The position numbers and the translations under genes are program-made. This document shows, one piece after another, positions 1 through 9,454 of a DNA stretch of 32,000 bases. The first letter of the stretch is position 1, and each line of letters begins with the position of its first letter. Source of the stretch: Promethearchaeota archaeon (GTDB lineage Archaea; Asgardarchaeota; Hermodarchaeia; Hermodarchaeales; Hermodarchaeaceae); assembly GCA_048938295.1 (NCBI GenBank), contig JBHLMI010000011.1, positions 34,270 through 66,269 of the forward strand, in the 5' to 3' direction. The notes under the pieces were generated by a model, which was not told the DNA's origin, did no database searches, and worked only from the letters and a program-made list of their open reading frames with translations.

Positions 1-2
1 GT

Positions 3-602
3 CGTGTAGAAGATCACGGACGGTATATCCTTTTGCTAGTTAGTGTGATTCTTCTCGTTATTGGGGTTGCTGAATTTTTCCACTTTAGTTCTCTACTCTC
101 TTGTATGATTTTAGGTATAGTGATTGGTAACCGAGTTCCGAAGCAGGCTCAAGAACTGAGTCATGAGGCAGAAAAAATCATCAGTCCCGTAATCCTCTTT
201 TTCTTCGTTCTCTTCGGTGCCGGGATGATCGACCCGGTCGTGATAACAATCGGAGGCCTATTCATTGTTACGACGACCATCCTTTACGTAATGGGGCGAG
301 GTTTGGCGAAATATTTCGGAACGCGTTTAGTCGCCACTCTTGGTGACAACCCTCCATCAGTTAAACGTTACCTCGGATTATGCCTCTTTAGTCAAGCTGG
401 CGTTGCGGTGGGATTGAGCGTGGTGATCGCGGAGCAGCTAAATCAGCTCGGGTTCCCCAGTTACGCGTTTCTAATTATTGGTGTTATTGGAATCTCAACG
501 CTTATTTTCCAAATCTTTGGACCCCTAGCGCTAAAATTTGCCATCCATCGCGCTGGTGAAGCCAATAGTAATTCTGATCAAAATCTCATAAATCCGGGTT
601 GA
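3..602 (+). CDS. Cation:proton antiporter (Na+/H+ exchanger family), 5'-truncated by window edge
   Basis: Frame is open from position 3 (RVEDHGRYILLLV...). Multiple hydrophobic helices, plus the motifs FFVLFGA, RGLAKYFG and LCLFSQAGVAVGL typical of CPA antiporter C-terminal halves. Confidence 0.85.
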   Translation, partial: RVEDHGRYILLLVSVILLVIGVAEFFHFSSLLSCMILGIVIGNRVPKQAQELSHEAEKIISPVILFFFVLFGAGMIDPVVITIGGLFIVTTTILYVMGRGLAKYFGTRLVATLGDNPPSVKRYLGLCLFSQAGVAVGLSVVIAEQLNQLGFPSYAFLIIGVIGISTLIFQIFGPLALKFAIHRAGEANSNSDQNLINPG

Positions 603-2823
603 GTTTTCGGAACCGCATTCGCCACAATGCATAGGTTGCTATTACGCCTATGACACTGACTATACCGATAATGGGGATGAGAGGTCCAAAGAGTGAGGGG
701 GGATGCACGTAAATGTTGATATGGGTTTCGCCTACTCCACCATCGTCATCAGTGACTGTAAGACTAACACGATATAATCTTGGGGCGGAGGCGAGGATTC
801 CCATTTCAGGTCCTTCAAAGGTTACTGTGGGGTAATGACTGGTGCTGGTTTCGGGCGTTGCTCCGTCTCCAAACTCCCAGTAATAGGTGAAGGTATCTGC
901 GGTTCCCGGGTCTGTGACCGTTAATCCGAATCCGATGGTATCTCCGGCTGCGATATGCGTGTCGGCCGTCAGCGTTAAGGTGGGCGCTACGTTATGTATC
1001 ACAAAGGGTTGGGTCTGGACTTCACTATAGCAGAGTCCATCGGAGGCTTGGACATGAACATCAACCTCTTGGTTGTCTGGATAGGTGTGGGCGATTAGCG
1101 TAGTTATCCACCCCGTATCCCAAACGGCGTCGCCGTCCAGATCCCAGCGGAAGGTGAGGGAGGGGCTGTCATAGTCCATGAAGTGCCACCAGTCGGGGTC
1201 AAAGGTGCATTCTTCGCCTTCATCTAACTCATTGGGGCCTGAATAATAATAGGGGTTGGTCGGTGGGAAATTCGCTAGGGATTTAACACGCAATGAGGGG
1301 TCGCCATAAAGCAGGAATTTTAGGGGTTGGTGATAGCCGGCTACCTTGAACCAGGCGCCACCGGAGGTAATACTGGTTTCTCCTCGTCCAATCGCCCCCA
1401 AATTAGTGCCGTCCATCGTTTTGGGCGTATCGCAGTAGCGGGTTACCATATCCCGCCACATATCACCTAATAGACAATGATCGGTATAGTTCTGGAAGAA
1501 GAACAAATCCAGGTATGAATTCCAGGCTTGAGCACCGGACACACACGCAAAGTACCCCATGGCACCACGCCATCGTGTCCGCGTCAATAAGTGTTCAGCG
1601 AATGAATCTACCGTGTCCGCTTGAAGGCAGGCGGGTGGGGGAAGGGTGGGGTCACCGGCCACAGGCCATAATTCTCCGTTGTTAATTCCCAAATGGGCTG
1701 TTCCGTATACATCCAGATAGGCTTCGTAGGGCGGTTCCGGACCGATCTTACCTGTCCCACATCCAGCACTGAAGACCACAGGCCACTTTGTGGTGGTGAG
1801 TGTTGGAGAGCTAATCGAGGACGTGAAGAAGCAGTTCGCCCAGGCCTGAGGATTACCATGACCACCAAAATTCACAAATCCCACGCCTGTATTTAGGCGG
1901 GCAATAATATTGGCTTCAGTTGGTGCACCATCAGTCAATGAGGCCGCTAATCCATTGATGCTAGCGTTGTAGAGCCGAATTGGATTGAAACCTTCATCTT
2001 TGGTCAGGGCAGTGGCGTTAATGGCTTCTTTCGTCGTCAGGTAAGTTTCATCCAAATCATCATCGGGTGAGTTAGGAACAATAAAAAGCACATTGTTAAA
2101 CCAGCTCCCCAAGTTAAACCCCTCATATTGGAGGATTTTTTCAACGTAATTTCGCACCTCTAGGGTGGTGGATGCTGGAACACGACCAATTGCTAAATCG
2201 GGGATCAAGTCGAGTCCTTCAAAATTAATGGGATCCGAAGTAAAATATTCGCCATGGAACTCACCATAGATATGGTTAGCATTAGGGTCCCAATCATAGT
2301 AAGTGCCAGCAGGGCCAATTAGATCGGCGTAGTATAAGTCACAGGGAAAATAACACCCATACCCGTCCACATCATTGGAATCATTCTGTAGGCGATCTGT
2401 ACATTGATACCGCACGGGAAACATCTCACAATCACCAACTAACATCACATAATCAGCTCGTCCTGTCTGGTGACGGAGCTGTATACCCTTGCGAATTCGG
2501 GCTGCCTCATCCCACCCATAAAACGAGTTGTTGAAGTATTGCCAACTGGTTAGCTCAACGTCAAATCCAGTACGGGCTTTCCACTCGGCTAACGGCTCTA
2601 ATTCAGCCAAAAAATCCTCATGGGCAATAATAAGCAACGAGGGCAAACCATTAACAAAAGCCACCGCTGGTTCTTCCCTTTCGCAGGTATCAGTCAATAC
2701 TAACTGCCCATATCCATCGCTTCCAACTATTACACATGCTGTTTCCGAGTTACCCGCGGAAAACAAAAGTAGTCCAAGAAGACTCAACAATAACACTGAT
2801 ACTATGCCGGATCGATTCCACAC
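586..2823 (-). CDS. Secreted, membrane-anchored C25 (gingipain-like) cysteine peptidase with C-terminal PKD-like domain(s)
   Basis: C25 motifs YVMLVGD, CDLYYADL, PDLAIGRVP, catalytic His in FGGHGNPQAW and Cys in FSAGCGTG, and LLYGDPSL. PKD-like YYWEFGDG...VSLTVTDDDG follows, then a C-terminal TM helix with basic tail. Start is refined to GTG 2823 (GGGGAG upstream, followed by a signal peptide); the ORF track starts at 2907. Confidence 0.85.
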   Translation of the reverse strand: MWNRSGIVSVLLLSLLGLLLFSAGNSETACVIVGSDGYGQLVLTDTCEREEPAVAFVNGLPSLLIIAHEDFLAELEPLAEWKARTGFDVELTSWQYFNNSFYGWDEAARIRKGIQLRHQTGRADYVMLVGDCEMFPVRYQCTDRLQNDSNDVDGYGCYFPCDLYYADLIGPAGTYYDWDPNANHIYGEFHGEYFTSDPINFEGLDLIPDLAIGRVPASTTLEVRNYVEKILQYEGFNLGSWFNNVLFIVPNSPDDDLDETYLTTKEAINATALTKDEGFNPIRLYNASINGLAASLTDGAPTEANIIARLNTGVGFVNFGGHGNPQAWANCFFTSSISSPTLTTTKWPVVFSAGCGTGKIGPEPPYEAYLDVYGTAHLGINNGELWPVAGDPTLPPPACLQADTVDSFAEHLLTRTRWRGAMGYFACVSGAQAWNSYLDLFFFQNYTDHCLLGDMWRDMVTRYCDTPKTMDGTNLGAIGRGETSITSGGAWFKVAGYHQPLKFLLYGDPSLRVKSLANFPPTNPYYYSGPNELDEGEECTFDPDWWHFMDYDSPSLTFRWDLDGDAVWDTGWITTLIAHTYPDNQEVDVHVQASDGLCYSEVQTQPFVIHNVAPTLTLTADTHIAAGDTIGFGLTVTDPGTADTFTYYWEFGDGATPETSTSHYPTVTFEGPEMGILASAPRLYRVSLTVTDDDGGVGETHINIYVHPPSLFGPLIPIIGIVSVIGVIATYALWRMRFRKLNPDL

Positions 2824-2903
2824 CGTTAATACTCCCCTATAACGGGTATCGATAGGCTTTACTGCTATTCCCAAAATAAATCTCTTGTCATAAAGGGCGT
2901 GTA

Positions 2904-3752
2904 TCAAGTCGAAGATTTACAGTATTTTTTGAATAGAGAACTGGCCTCAGCTAAGGTCATAGGGAGTGGCTCGTGACCCATTTGAGGAATAAGTTTCGTG
3001 GCATTGTGAAATAGTTGGGTAACTATCGGAGGGGCTAAGTGTGCATTATCCAGCATTTTCGCATTGGAGAAGATTTCTGCGACAGATCCCGCCCCGATGA
3101 ATTTGCCTTCATAAAGAACGTAAGCGCGGTCTGCAATTAATGGGACGATATTGACATCATGTGTAGCGGTGATGATGGTGAGATTGCCTTCTGAATAAAG
3201 CTTAGATAAGAACTTGGCAAATTCATTTCGCGTACGTGGGTCCATATGGGCGGTGGGCTCGTCAAAGACTAGAATTTGGGGGCGCATGGCAAGCACTGAT
3301 GCGATAGCTGCTCGTTTCTTTTCTCCAACGCTTAGATGATGCGGAGGCTTTTCCTTTAAATGGCTTAAATCCACCACATTCAATGCTTCGTCGACACGCT
3401 GGTTCACCTCTTCGTCTGTAAGCCCCATATTGAGTGGCCCAAAGGCAATGTCTTCCCAAAGTGTTGGCATGAACAGCTGGTTATCCGGTTCCTGAAAAAC
3501 TAACCCAATGGCTACCCGAAATTCATGGACATTTTTCGCCGTGAGCTCCCTATTGAGAATTTTAATAGTTCCCTTGGTCGCTTCAAGGATTCCACACATT
3601 ATTGAAAGTAGGGTGGATTTTCCCGCTCCATTTGCACCAAGAATTACAGCGCGTTCGTGTAAACCCACTTCAAAATCGATATCTTGTAGGGCAATGTGCC
3701 CATCTGGATACCGATATTGCACATTCTTCATATTTACAGCACAATGAACCAT
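2904..3752 (-). CDS. cbiO: ECF transporter ATPase (CbiO/NikO)
   Basis: Walker A GANGAGKST, Q-loop LVFQEPDNQLF, signature LSVGEKKR, Walker B VFDEPT, H-loop ATHD. ATG 3752 lies 3 nt past the cbiQ stop; the ORF track starts at 3764. Confidence 0.93.
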   Translation of the reverse strand: MVHCAVNMKNVQYRYPDGHIALQDIDFEVGLHERAVILGANGAGKSTLLSIMCGILEATKGTIKILNRELTAKNVHEFRVAIGLVFQEPDNQLFMPTLWEDIAFGPLNMGLTDEEVNQRVDEALNVVDLSHLKEKPPHHLSVGEKKRAAIASVLAMRPQILVFDEPTAHMDPRTRNEFAKFLSKLYSEGNLTIITATHDVNIVPLIADRAYVLYEGKFIGAGSVAEIFSNAKMLDNAHLAPPIVTQLFHNATKLIPQMGHEPLPMTLAEASSLFKKYCKSST

Positions 3753-3754
3753 TT

Positions 3755-4588
3755 CTAAAACCAACCTCCAAACAAGGTAACCGGGAACAGAAGGGGTGCG
3801 AAGAAGACAAGAGCGGTGATGCCCAACAGGCCGATGACAAATCCGTAATCCTTCAGCCCCATTTTCAGATGGGTTAATAGGTGGAACTGTCCCGTAAAGC
3901 CTCGGGCGATCATTGTTTGATAGACTCTTTCTCCCCGTTCATAAGCCCGGATAAAGAGTGTTCCAATCATACTTGATATGGTGCGCCATGTTCGCAATCG
4001 GAAAACCCGTTCCTTCTTCACCATTCGGGCTTCTCGGGCTAGCCCCATGCGATAGGCTTCATCCGTAAAAAGGAAAATGTAACGATACGTGAGGGCTGTT
4101 AGTGAAACGAAAAGGCTAGGCAATCGGAGCCGTTGCATTCCGTGTAGTAAAACTGGAAACCGGGTTGAAAGAGTCAGTAAGCTCAAAGCCGCGACACAGA
4201 CCCATATGCGCATCCCAAAAATCGCGGCTCGAAGAAGTCCTTCAACAGTTATCCCTATTAGCCAGGTTCCAAGTGGAATGACAAATATGAGCGTTCCCGG
4301 GGTAATGAATGGCAAAGGAATGATAATAATCACTGAAAAGATTATCACCATTGATTGACGACTAAAAAACGCTCGCAAGGGGATTCGGGAAGCAACGGCT
4401 AGCCCTGTCAAGAACAATAATAGAATCGCAAATTGTAGGAGATTTTGCATCAGAACTGTGAAGATGATAACACAAGTTAGTCCAATAAGCTTGACGCGAG
4501 GATCAATGCGTTGAAGTAGTCCATTTCGACTCGCATACTTCTCAATGGCGAGGCTCTCACCCAGCACCTTCAATAATTCTTTAAACAT
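3755..4588 (-). CDS. cbiQ: ECF transporter T component (CbiQ/NikQ)
   Basis: LQRIDPRVKL N-terminal motif, TYRYIFLF, AREAR, and RAYERGERVYQTMIARGF coupling helix. Start uncertain (ATG 4588 or GTG 4612). Confidence 0.92.
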   Translation of the reverse strand: MFKELLKVLGESLAIEKYASRNGLLQRIDPRVKLIGLTCVIIFTVLMQNLLQFAILLLFLTGLAVASRIPLRAFFSRQSMVIIFSVIIIIPLPFITPGTLIFVIPLGTWLIGITVEGLLRAAIFGMRIWVCVAALSLLTLSTRFPVLLHGMQRLRLPSLFVSLTALTYRYIFLFTDEAYRMGLAREARMVKKERVFRLRTWRTISSMIGTLFIRAYERGERVYQTMIARGFTGQFHLLTHLKMGLKDYGFVIGLLGITALVFFAPLLFPVTLFGGWF

Positions 4589-4617
4589 ACCCGTTCGATT
4601 CCTTCTTGCCACGAATG

Positions 4618-4908
4618 TTATTCTTTTCGTCGTAACCTGACTAGTAACCACATGAGCCCAAAGGTTATCCCAAGGATGAGCACAACAAAAACCATACCTA
4701 ACAGGAAATTGGAGAGTAGTACGCCTTCAAGTCCAGGAATCTCATAATCGGGGAAAAGGGGAATCCATAATTCCCATTCTGGGGCTCCAAACAAGTTGGC
4801 AATGACATCAAGGGTTTCGTTTGCAAAACCCAACCAGATAACTCCAATCGCCACGAATATGATGGCGATGAGAACACCACCCAGCATGAGCTTATATTTT
4901 TGGTCCAT
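4618..4908 (-). CDS. PDGLE-domain / NikN-like accessory membrane subunit
   Basis: Two TM helices flank a loop with PLFPDYEIPGLEG (PDGLE-like). Lies between cbiM and cbiQ, with GGAGGTG upstream of ATG 4908. Confidence 0.8.
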   Translation of the reverse strand: MDQKYKLMLGGVLIAIIFVAIGVIWLGFANETLDVIANLFGAPEWELWIPLFPDYEIPGLEGVLLSNFLLGMVFVVLILGITFGLMWLLVRLRRKE

Positions 4909-4910
4909 GG

Positions 4911-5609
4911 TTAGAGCACCTCCTCTAATTTGGGGCTCCAATCTCCTGTGATGGATGGGACCACACGCTCAATGACCAGAAGGTCAGGACGTACACCATC
5001 AATGACCAACAGAATAACTACTGTAGCACCCCCTTCAATGACTCCGATAACAGAATGATGTACTCCCATCGCAATTAACGCAATGGGGGTTGAGTAGGGG
5101 AAGAGGGGATAGGAAAATCCGAGCATAATCGCAGCAGAAATTGCCGCCAAAAAATCACCAAAAAACGCGGCAGCAAACCCACCGACAATCATGCCTGTGC
5201 GGTTGGGTGAGATTCGATAGATCAGAACGAAGATAACCCAGGGGATAAAAACTCCAACAATACCCATGTTGACGATATTAGCCCCTAGCGTAAGGATGCC
5301 TCCGTCGCCAAAGACCAAGGCTTGAATCACCAGAATAACGGTCATGGAAACAAGTGCCGCATAGGGCCCGAGGGTAATGGCAAGAATAGGTCCTCCTAAG
5401 AGGTGGGCGGTTGTTCCGCCAATTATGGGGTAGTTCATCATTTGGGCAGCAAAAAACATGGCCGTTAAAGTTGCCATCAGTGGGATTTGTTTCTCGTTGA
5501 AGTTCCGTTCAAGGCGCCAGAAAGCGAATGCCAGTAGAATGATCGCAATTGCCCACATGATGGCGGAGAGGAGGATGGTGAGAAAACCGTCCGGGATATG
5601 CATGGTCAT
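4911..5609 (-). CDS. cbiM: ECF S component CbiM/NikM (nickel probable)
   Basis: MHIPDGFL N-terminal metal-binding motif, GGTTAHLLG, QALVFGDGGILTLGAN, conserved HH...IEG. Start is ATG 5609 or ATG 5603. Confidence 0.93.
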   Translation of the reverse strand: MTMHIPDGFLTILLSAIMWAIAIILLAFAFWRLERNFNEKQIPLMATLTAMFFAAQMMNYPIIGGTTAHLLGGPILAITLGPYAALVSMTVILVIQALVFGDGGILTLGANIVNMGIVGVFIPWVIFVLIYRISPNRTGMIVGGFAAAFFGDFLAAISAAIMLGFSYPLFPYSTPIALIAMGVHHSVIGVIEGGATVVILLVIDGVRPDLLVIERVVPSITGDWSPKLEEVL

Positions 5610-5621
5610 CTACTTCTCCAA

Positions 5622-5649
5622 GTAATACTTTTTTACATTTTTTTAATAC
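5622..5649. promoter_or_regulatory. Putative NikR operator GTAATA-N16-TAATAC
   Basis: 6-16-6 inverted repeat with one mismatch and a spacer of 14 A/T in 16. Same geometry as the E. coli NikR operator GTATGA-N16-TCATAC. Lies between the TATA box and the cbiM RBS. Confidence 0.7.
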
Positions 5650-5653
5650 CTCA

Positions 5654-5660
5654 ATTTAAA
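5654..5660 (-). promoter_or_regulatory. TATA box of cbiM/nikM operon
   Basis: TTTAAAT on the minus strand about 45 nt upstream of the cbiM ATG. The predicted TSS (~5630) falls inside the NikR box. Confidence 0.55.
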
Positions 5661-5799
5661 TGTAACTACATAATCAAGGCTCCTACCCCAAGTGCGTTGA
5701 GAACCCGGATTCAGCTGTTTTTTCGAGTCTTCTCGTTGAGAAAGAGGTGTAGAGAAAGGTTCAAAGAGGTTCGCCTCCGAATAGATGCGGGTGACATGA

Positions 5800-6225
5800 A
5801 TGGTGGGAGCACCACACGAGATTGCCATTGGTTTGTTTTTTCTTTCCGGCCTGGTGATGCTGATTATCATGGCCTTCATTGCGGCAGGAATATGGAGTGT
5901 GCAGAAGCGACGCTATCAAAAGAAAGCTACTGAACTTGGTGTTGTGGTGGATCTCTCGAGTAAAGAATCATCAATTGATCCCTATGCGATTGAAGGATGT
6001 GGGTATTGTGTAGCGTTTGTGATCATTATTATTTTAGCAGCGTTAGGCGTTTCGTTACCCATTATTTTACCGGGAGATGTCCAGACCCTTCTTGTCCTTA
6101 TTGTGTCCCTTGTGTTGGGCGGTATGTGTTGGGGCGCCTCAATCTGGAGTTTCTATTATATTTACAAGATTCCAGCGAAATTTCAATCAATCATTGATGA
6201 AGCACTTGATATGACTGAAAAATAA
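5800..6225 (+). CDS. Hypothetical membrane protein (3 predicted TM helices)
   Basis: 141-aa ORF with GGTGA RBS 5 nt upstream and alternating hydrophobic and charged segments. Family not recognised. Confidence 0.7.
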   Translation: MVGAPHEIAIGLFFLSGLVMLIIMAFIAAGIWSVQKRRYQKKATELGVVVDLSSKESSIDPYAIEGCGYCVAFVIIIILAALGVSLPIILPGDVQTLLVLIVSLVLGGMCWGASIWSFYYIYKIPAKFQSIIDEALDMTEK

Positions 6226-6371
6226 CTCACCTTCTAGCCACAGATTATATCTCTGGGTTACTAAATTTGGGCTTTCTTCAAGGCTAAGGAACCCGTTCTA
6301 ATTCCATCTTCTAGAAGCGGCCCGTAGAGCACCAATCAATCCGGGAAGGTGCTGGTAGGGCGAGAACGTTG

Positions 6372-7586
6372 TTACAGTGTTTTGCGCTGCATTGTTTCTT
6401 TGAGAAGGATTGAGATGAGTAACGCGAGCAGGTCGAGGACGAGAAGGAGCATCATGGCCCAGAAGAAGGAGTAGAATAGCGAATTTACCAAATCCATTGC
6501 GAGAATAAGGACGATGCCACCGGCTTGCCCAAAGATCATAAGAACGCCAGCAGAGGTGCCTTCAGGAATGGGTTTTGTCATTTCAGCCCCCGTTTGCAGT
6601 CCCAAGGGTAATGCGGGCATGAGGAAAAATCCTAACAGGAAGGCGGATACTAGTAGTACGATGTAATCGGGATGATAGGCTAGCATGAAGGTGAAAGGTG
6701 CGGCAAGTAAGAGGGCGAGGATGATAAACGGTTTACGACGCTGATATTTATCGGACAAAGTGGGAATGATTACCGCTCCGATGATGCCCCCAAGAATGAT
6801 GATGGCACCTACTATTCCTGCTTGAGTGATATCAATAACTCGTCCTGCAAGAATTTGTTCAATCCATGTAGCAATGCCGTTAAAGATGCCCAAACCAACG
6901 AAGAAGAGCACTATCAGAATAATGAATTGTCTGATTCCGATGATTTGACGAAGCCCTTTGAGCATCTTTTCGTCTTCGGGTTCATCGAGTTCCGGAGGAG
7001 ACGGCGGGTGCTCTTTAGCGACGAATAGAAACAAAACCGCTGCGATGACAGCGATCACCGCATAGCTGAGCATGGTATAAAAGAACCCAATGCCGACAAC
7101 CGCAAAGGGGGTGACTAATAATCCAAGCATAATTCCAAGAAAAATGGCCATTGTACCTAATCCCGTGGCAAGGCCCCGCTCCTTTGCCGGAAACCAACGG
7201 CGCGCAATTTTGGTAGGGCTGTTAAAGACAAAGGGTTGTCCAATTGCGATACCGCCTGATAAGGCCAATAAGAGAAGATAGTTGGGGGCAAATACGCGAA
7301 ATACAGCAAATACTGCGGTGATTATTGCACCGACACCAGCGGCGTATCGAAAGCCTTTACTGTCGATTAGATACGCCGAGGGGATCGAGACCGGGATGTA
7401 GACAGCCATGAAAATTAGTGAAAGCAGTGCCACATCGAGCTCGGTCACCCCGTAGAGACTGGCGACCATTGAAGAAATCGGTGCAAAGGTGATCCATAAG
7501 ATCTGTGTAACTGCTGCAATGAACATAAACACTAACAAAACAATCCAGCGATATCCATAAACAGGCGCTTCTGTTGCTTTAGTCAC
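6372..7586 (-). CDS. MFS transporter (FLVCR-like subgroup by N-terminal motif)
   Basis: About 12 TM helices; VYGYRWIVL, QILWITFAPI, WFPAKERGLATG, LSDKYQRRKP. Confidence 0.88.
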   Translation of the reverse strand: MTKATEAPVYGYRWIVLLVFMFIAAVTQILWITFAPISSMVASLYGVTELDVALLSLIFMAVYIPVSIPSAYLIDSKGFRYAAGVGAIITAVFAVFRVFAPNYLLLLALSGGIAIGQPFVFNSPTKIARRWFPAKERGLATGLGTMAIFLGIMLGLLVTPFAVVGIGFFYTMLSYAVIAVIAAVLFLFVAKEHPPSPPELDEPEDEKMLKGLRQIIGIRQFIILIVLFFVGLGIFNGIATWIEQILAGRVIDITQAGIVGAIIILGGIIGAVIIPTLSDKYQRRKPFIILALLLAAPFTFMLAYHPDYIVLLVSAFLLGFFLMPALPLGLQTGAEMTKPIPEGTSAGVLMIFGQAGGIVLILAMDLVNSLFYSFFWAMMLLLVLDLLALLISILLKETMQRKTL

Positions 7587-7684
7587 GAAATAACCACCTA
7601 GACAACCTGGTCTACGATTCGAATCAATAGACTACTAGTCACAAATGGGCTAGGACTTTCTAATATACCTAGCTATCTTCGTGT

Positions 7685-8380
7685 TCACAGGGATTCAGGC
7701 TGCTCTTTTTTCAGCCATTCTCGTAAGAAGCTAAGCATCCGCTTGTTGGCTAGAGAAGCTGCAGCTGCATTGTAAGCGTCTTTTACATCTTCTTCGAAGA
7801 ACCAATGAGACGTGTGGGGATATTCATGAAAGTCGATTACCCCTCGTCCCGCAGCTAAGCGTGTTCGCAGTTTTTGCATGGCCTCCGGTCCTGACCCCCA
7901 TTCATCATTTTCCGCAAAATGCCCTTGAACGGGAATCGTAAATTCTCGGAATAGACCTCCTGCAACACCATAGAACAAAACCACCGCACCGACATCTTTT
8001 GCCTTTGTTCGAGCAAGATTCATTGCAAAGCGCACACCCAACGAAAAGCCAATAATGCCGATTTTCTCACCATCCACTGCAGGATGGGATTTCATGAACT
8101 CCGCAGCCATTTTGACCTGTTTCTCTGCCTCCTTTCGATCCAGTTGGCCACTGAGCGCTTTCGCCGTTTCTACGCTAGTGGCTACCTGCCCATTATAATA
8201 ATCTGGAGCAAACGTGATAAACCCCTCTCCGGCCAACCGCTTGGCAAGACCTTTAAAGAATTCATTCAGGCCCCACCATGCAGGTAACAGCAAGAGACCA
8301 GGTCCTGACTGATTCTTTGGGAACGTTAGAACACCGGCGACTGGGCTCTCAAGAAACTGGAAAATTACAGTAGAAGTCAT
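7685..8380 (-). CDS. Dienelactone hydrolase family protein (Ser-nucleophile variant)
   Basis: PAWWGLN, FAPDYY, KIGIIGFSLG, VVLFYG, HFAENDEW, YPHTSHWF. Confidence 0.88.
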   Translation of the reverse strand: MTSTVIFQFLESPVAGVLTFPKNQSGPGLLLLPAWWGLNEFFKGLAKRLAGEGFITFAPDYYNGQVATSVETAKALSGQLDRKEAEKQVKMAAEFMKSHPAVDGEKIGIIGFSLGVRFAMNLARTKAKDVGAVVLFYGVAGGLFREFTIPVQGHFAENDEWGSGPEAMQKLRTRLAAGRGVIDFHEYPHTSHWFFEEDVKDAYNAAAASLANKRMLSFLREWLKKEQPESL

Positions 8381-8453
8381 GATATTGTTCCCTCCCTCAA
8401 ACCGTTATCTACTTTTTCCACTAGATTTTGAAGACAGTGCGGTTGGTCCAACT

Positions 8454-9278
8454 TTATCGGTGCCTGGTTTCTACTCTATCGAGCCATTCGTTCACTAGAC
8501 TGTTGAACAGTGTTGGTTGTTCCAGTTGGAGCGCATGACCGGCTTGGTCGAGTACCGCGAAGGTCGCTCGGGGGTAATTTTCAAGGATAGTCCAAGCATC
8601 GCGGTAACCCACCCAATGATCTTGGCGGCCTACAATAATCAGAGTTGGTTTGTCAAAACGAAATTCGGGGGGATTGAGCGTGAAGCTGAATTTATCCTTT
8701 CGTGGGTCCAATCGTGCTAGAAACGTCGTGTCAGCGATTTTCACAGCGGGAGTGATTTCTTGGGAATAGCGGTGCCAATGATTGCGTGTCTGTATCACCG
8801 CTACTTCCATGAACCCTTCACGGTCTTGCGGGGGTAATTCTGCTAAGAAATCCTTCTCCCGTACAATCACGGTTTTTGTGGGAAGGGCTCTTTGTTTGGG
8901 ATTCCCAATGGTGCGGGGCACGATTAAGAGAAGCCCGTTTACCCGGTCAGGTTTCTTATTGACTAGCCCTTGCGCAAGATACCCTCCATAGGAAAGCCCA
9001 GCTACGACAAATTGCTCCTTGGGAATTATTTTGTCGATAAAACCAAACAAGAGCTCTAATACGTCATTCGAGGTTTTTATCCAGTCAATTCCGGGTGTTT
9101 TTCCATGTCCCGGTAAATCAGGATAGATTCGCTGCCATCTCTTTCGGGACTTGAATATTGGCTCCAATGATCCAACCATTGAGCGATGGTCAAGGGTAGA
9201 ACCATGAAGTGAGATAATTGGGGTGCCTTCTCCAAAGACTTTGTAGTGAATAGGGACATCTCGCACTTCGCATATCAT
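8454..9278 (-). CDS. Alpha/beta fold hydrolase
   Basis: LHG oxyanion motif, PDLPGHG, nucleophile elbow GLSYGG, GRQD (Asp), AGHAL (His). GAGGTG RBS. Confidence 0.9.
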   Translation of the reverse strand: MICEVRDVPIHYKVFGEGTPIISLHGSTLDHRSMVGSLEPIFKSRKRWQRIYPDLPGHGKTPGIDWIKTSNDVLELLFGFIDKIIPKEQFVVAGLSYGGYLAQGLVNKKPDRVNGLLLIVPRTIGNPKQRALPTKTVIVREKDFLAELPPQDREGFMEVAVIQTRNHWHRYSQEITPAVKIADTTFLARLDPRKDKFSFTLNPPEFRFDKPTLIIVGRQDHWVGYRDAWTILENYPRATFAVLDQAGHALQLEQPTLFNSLVNEWLDRVETRHR

Positions 9279-9454
9279 CGATTACACCTCACTTGATGAA
9301 ATGGGTAACAGACACAGGTAATCTATCTTGTGATACATACTATTGGACTTTTCTTAAACCATAATCTGATTTCATTTGCCAGATAGATGAAAACGACGAC
9401 TAGCGTGATGAACAGGATAACACAGCACTCAAGAAGCTATTGACCAGCAAAGGA

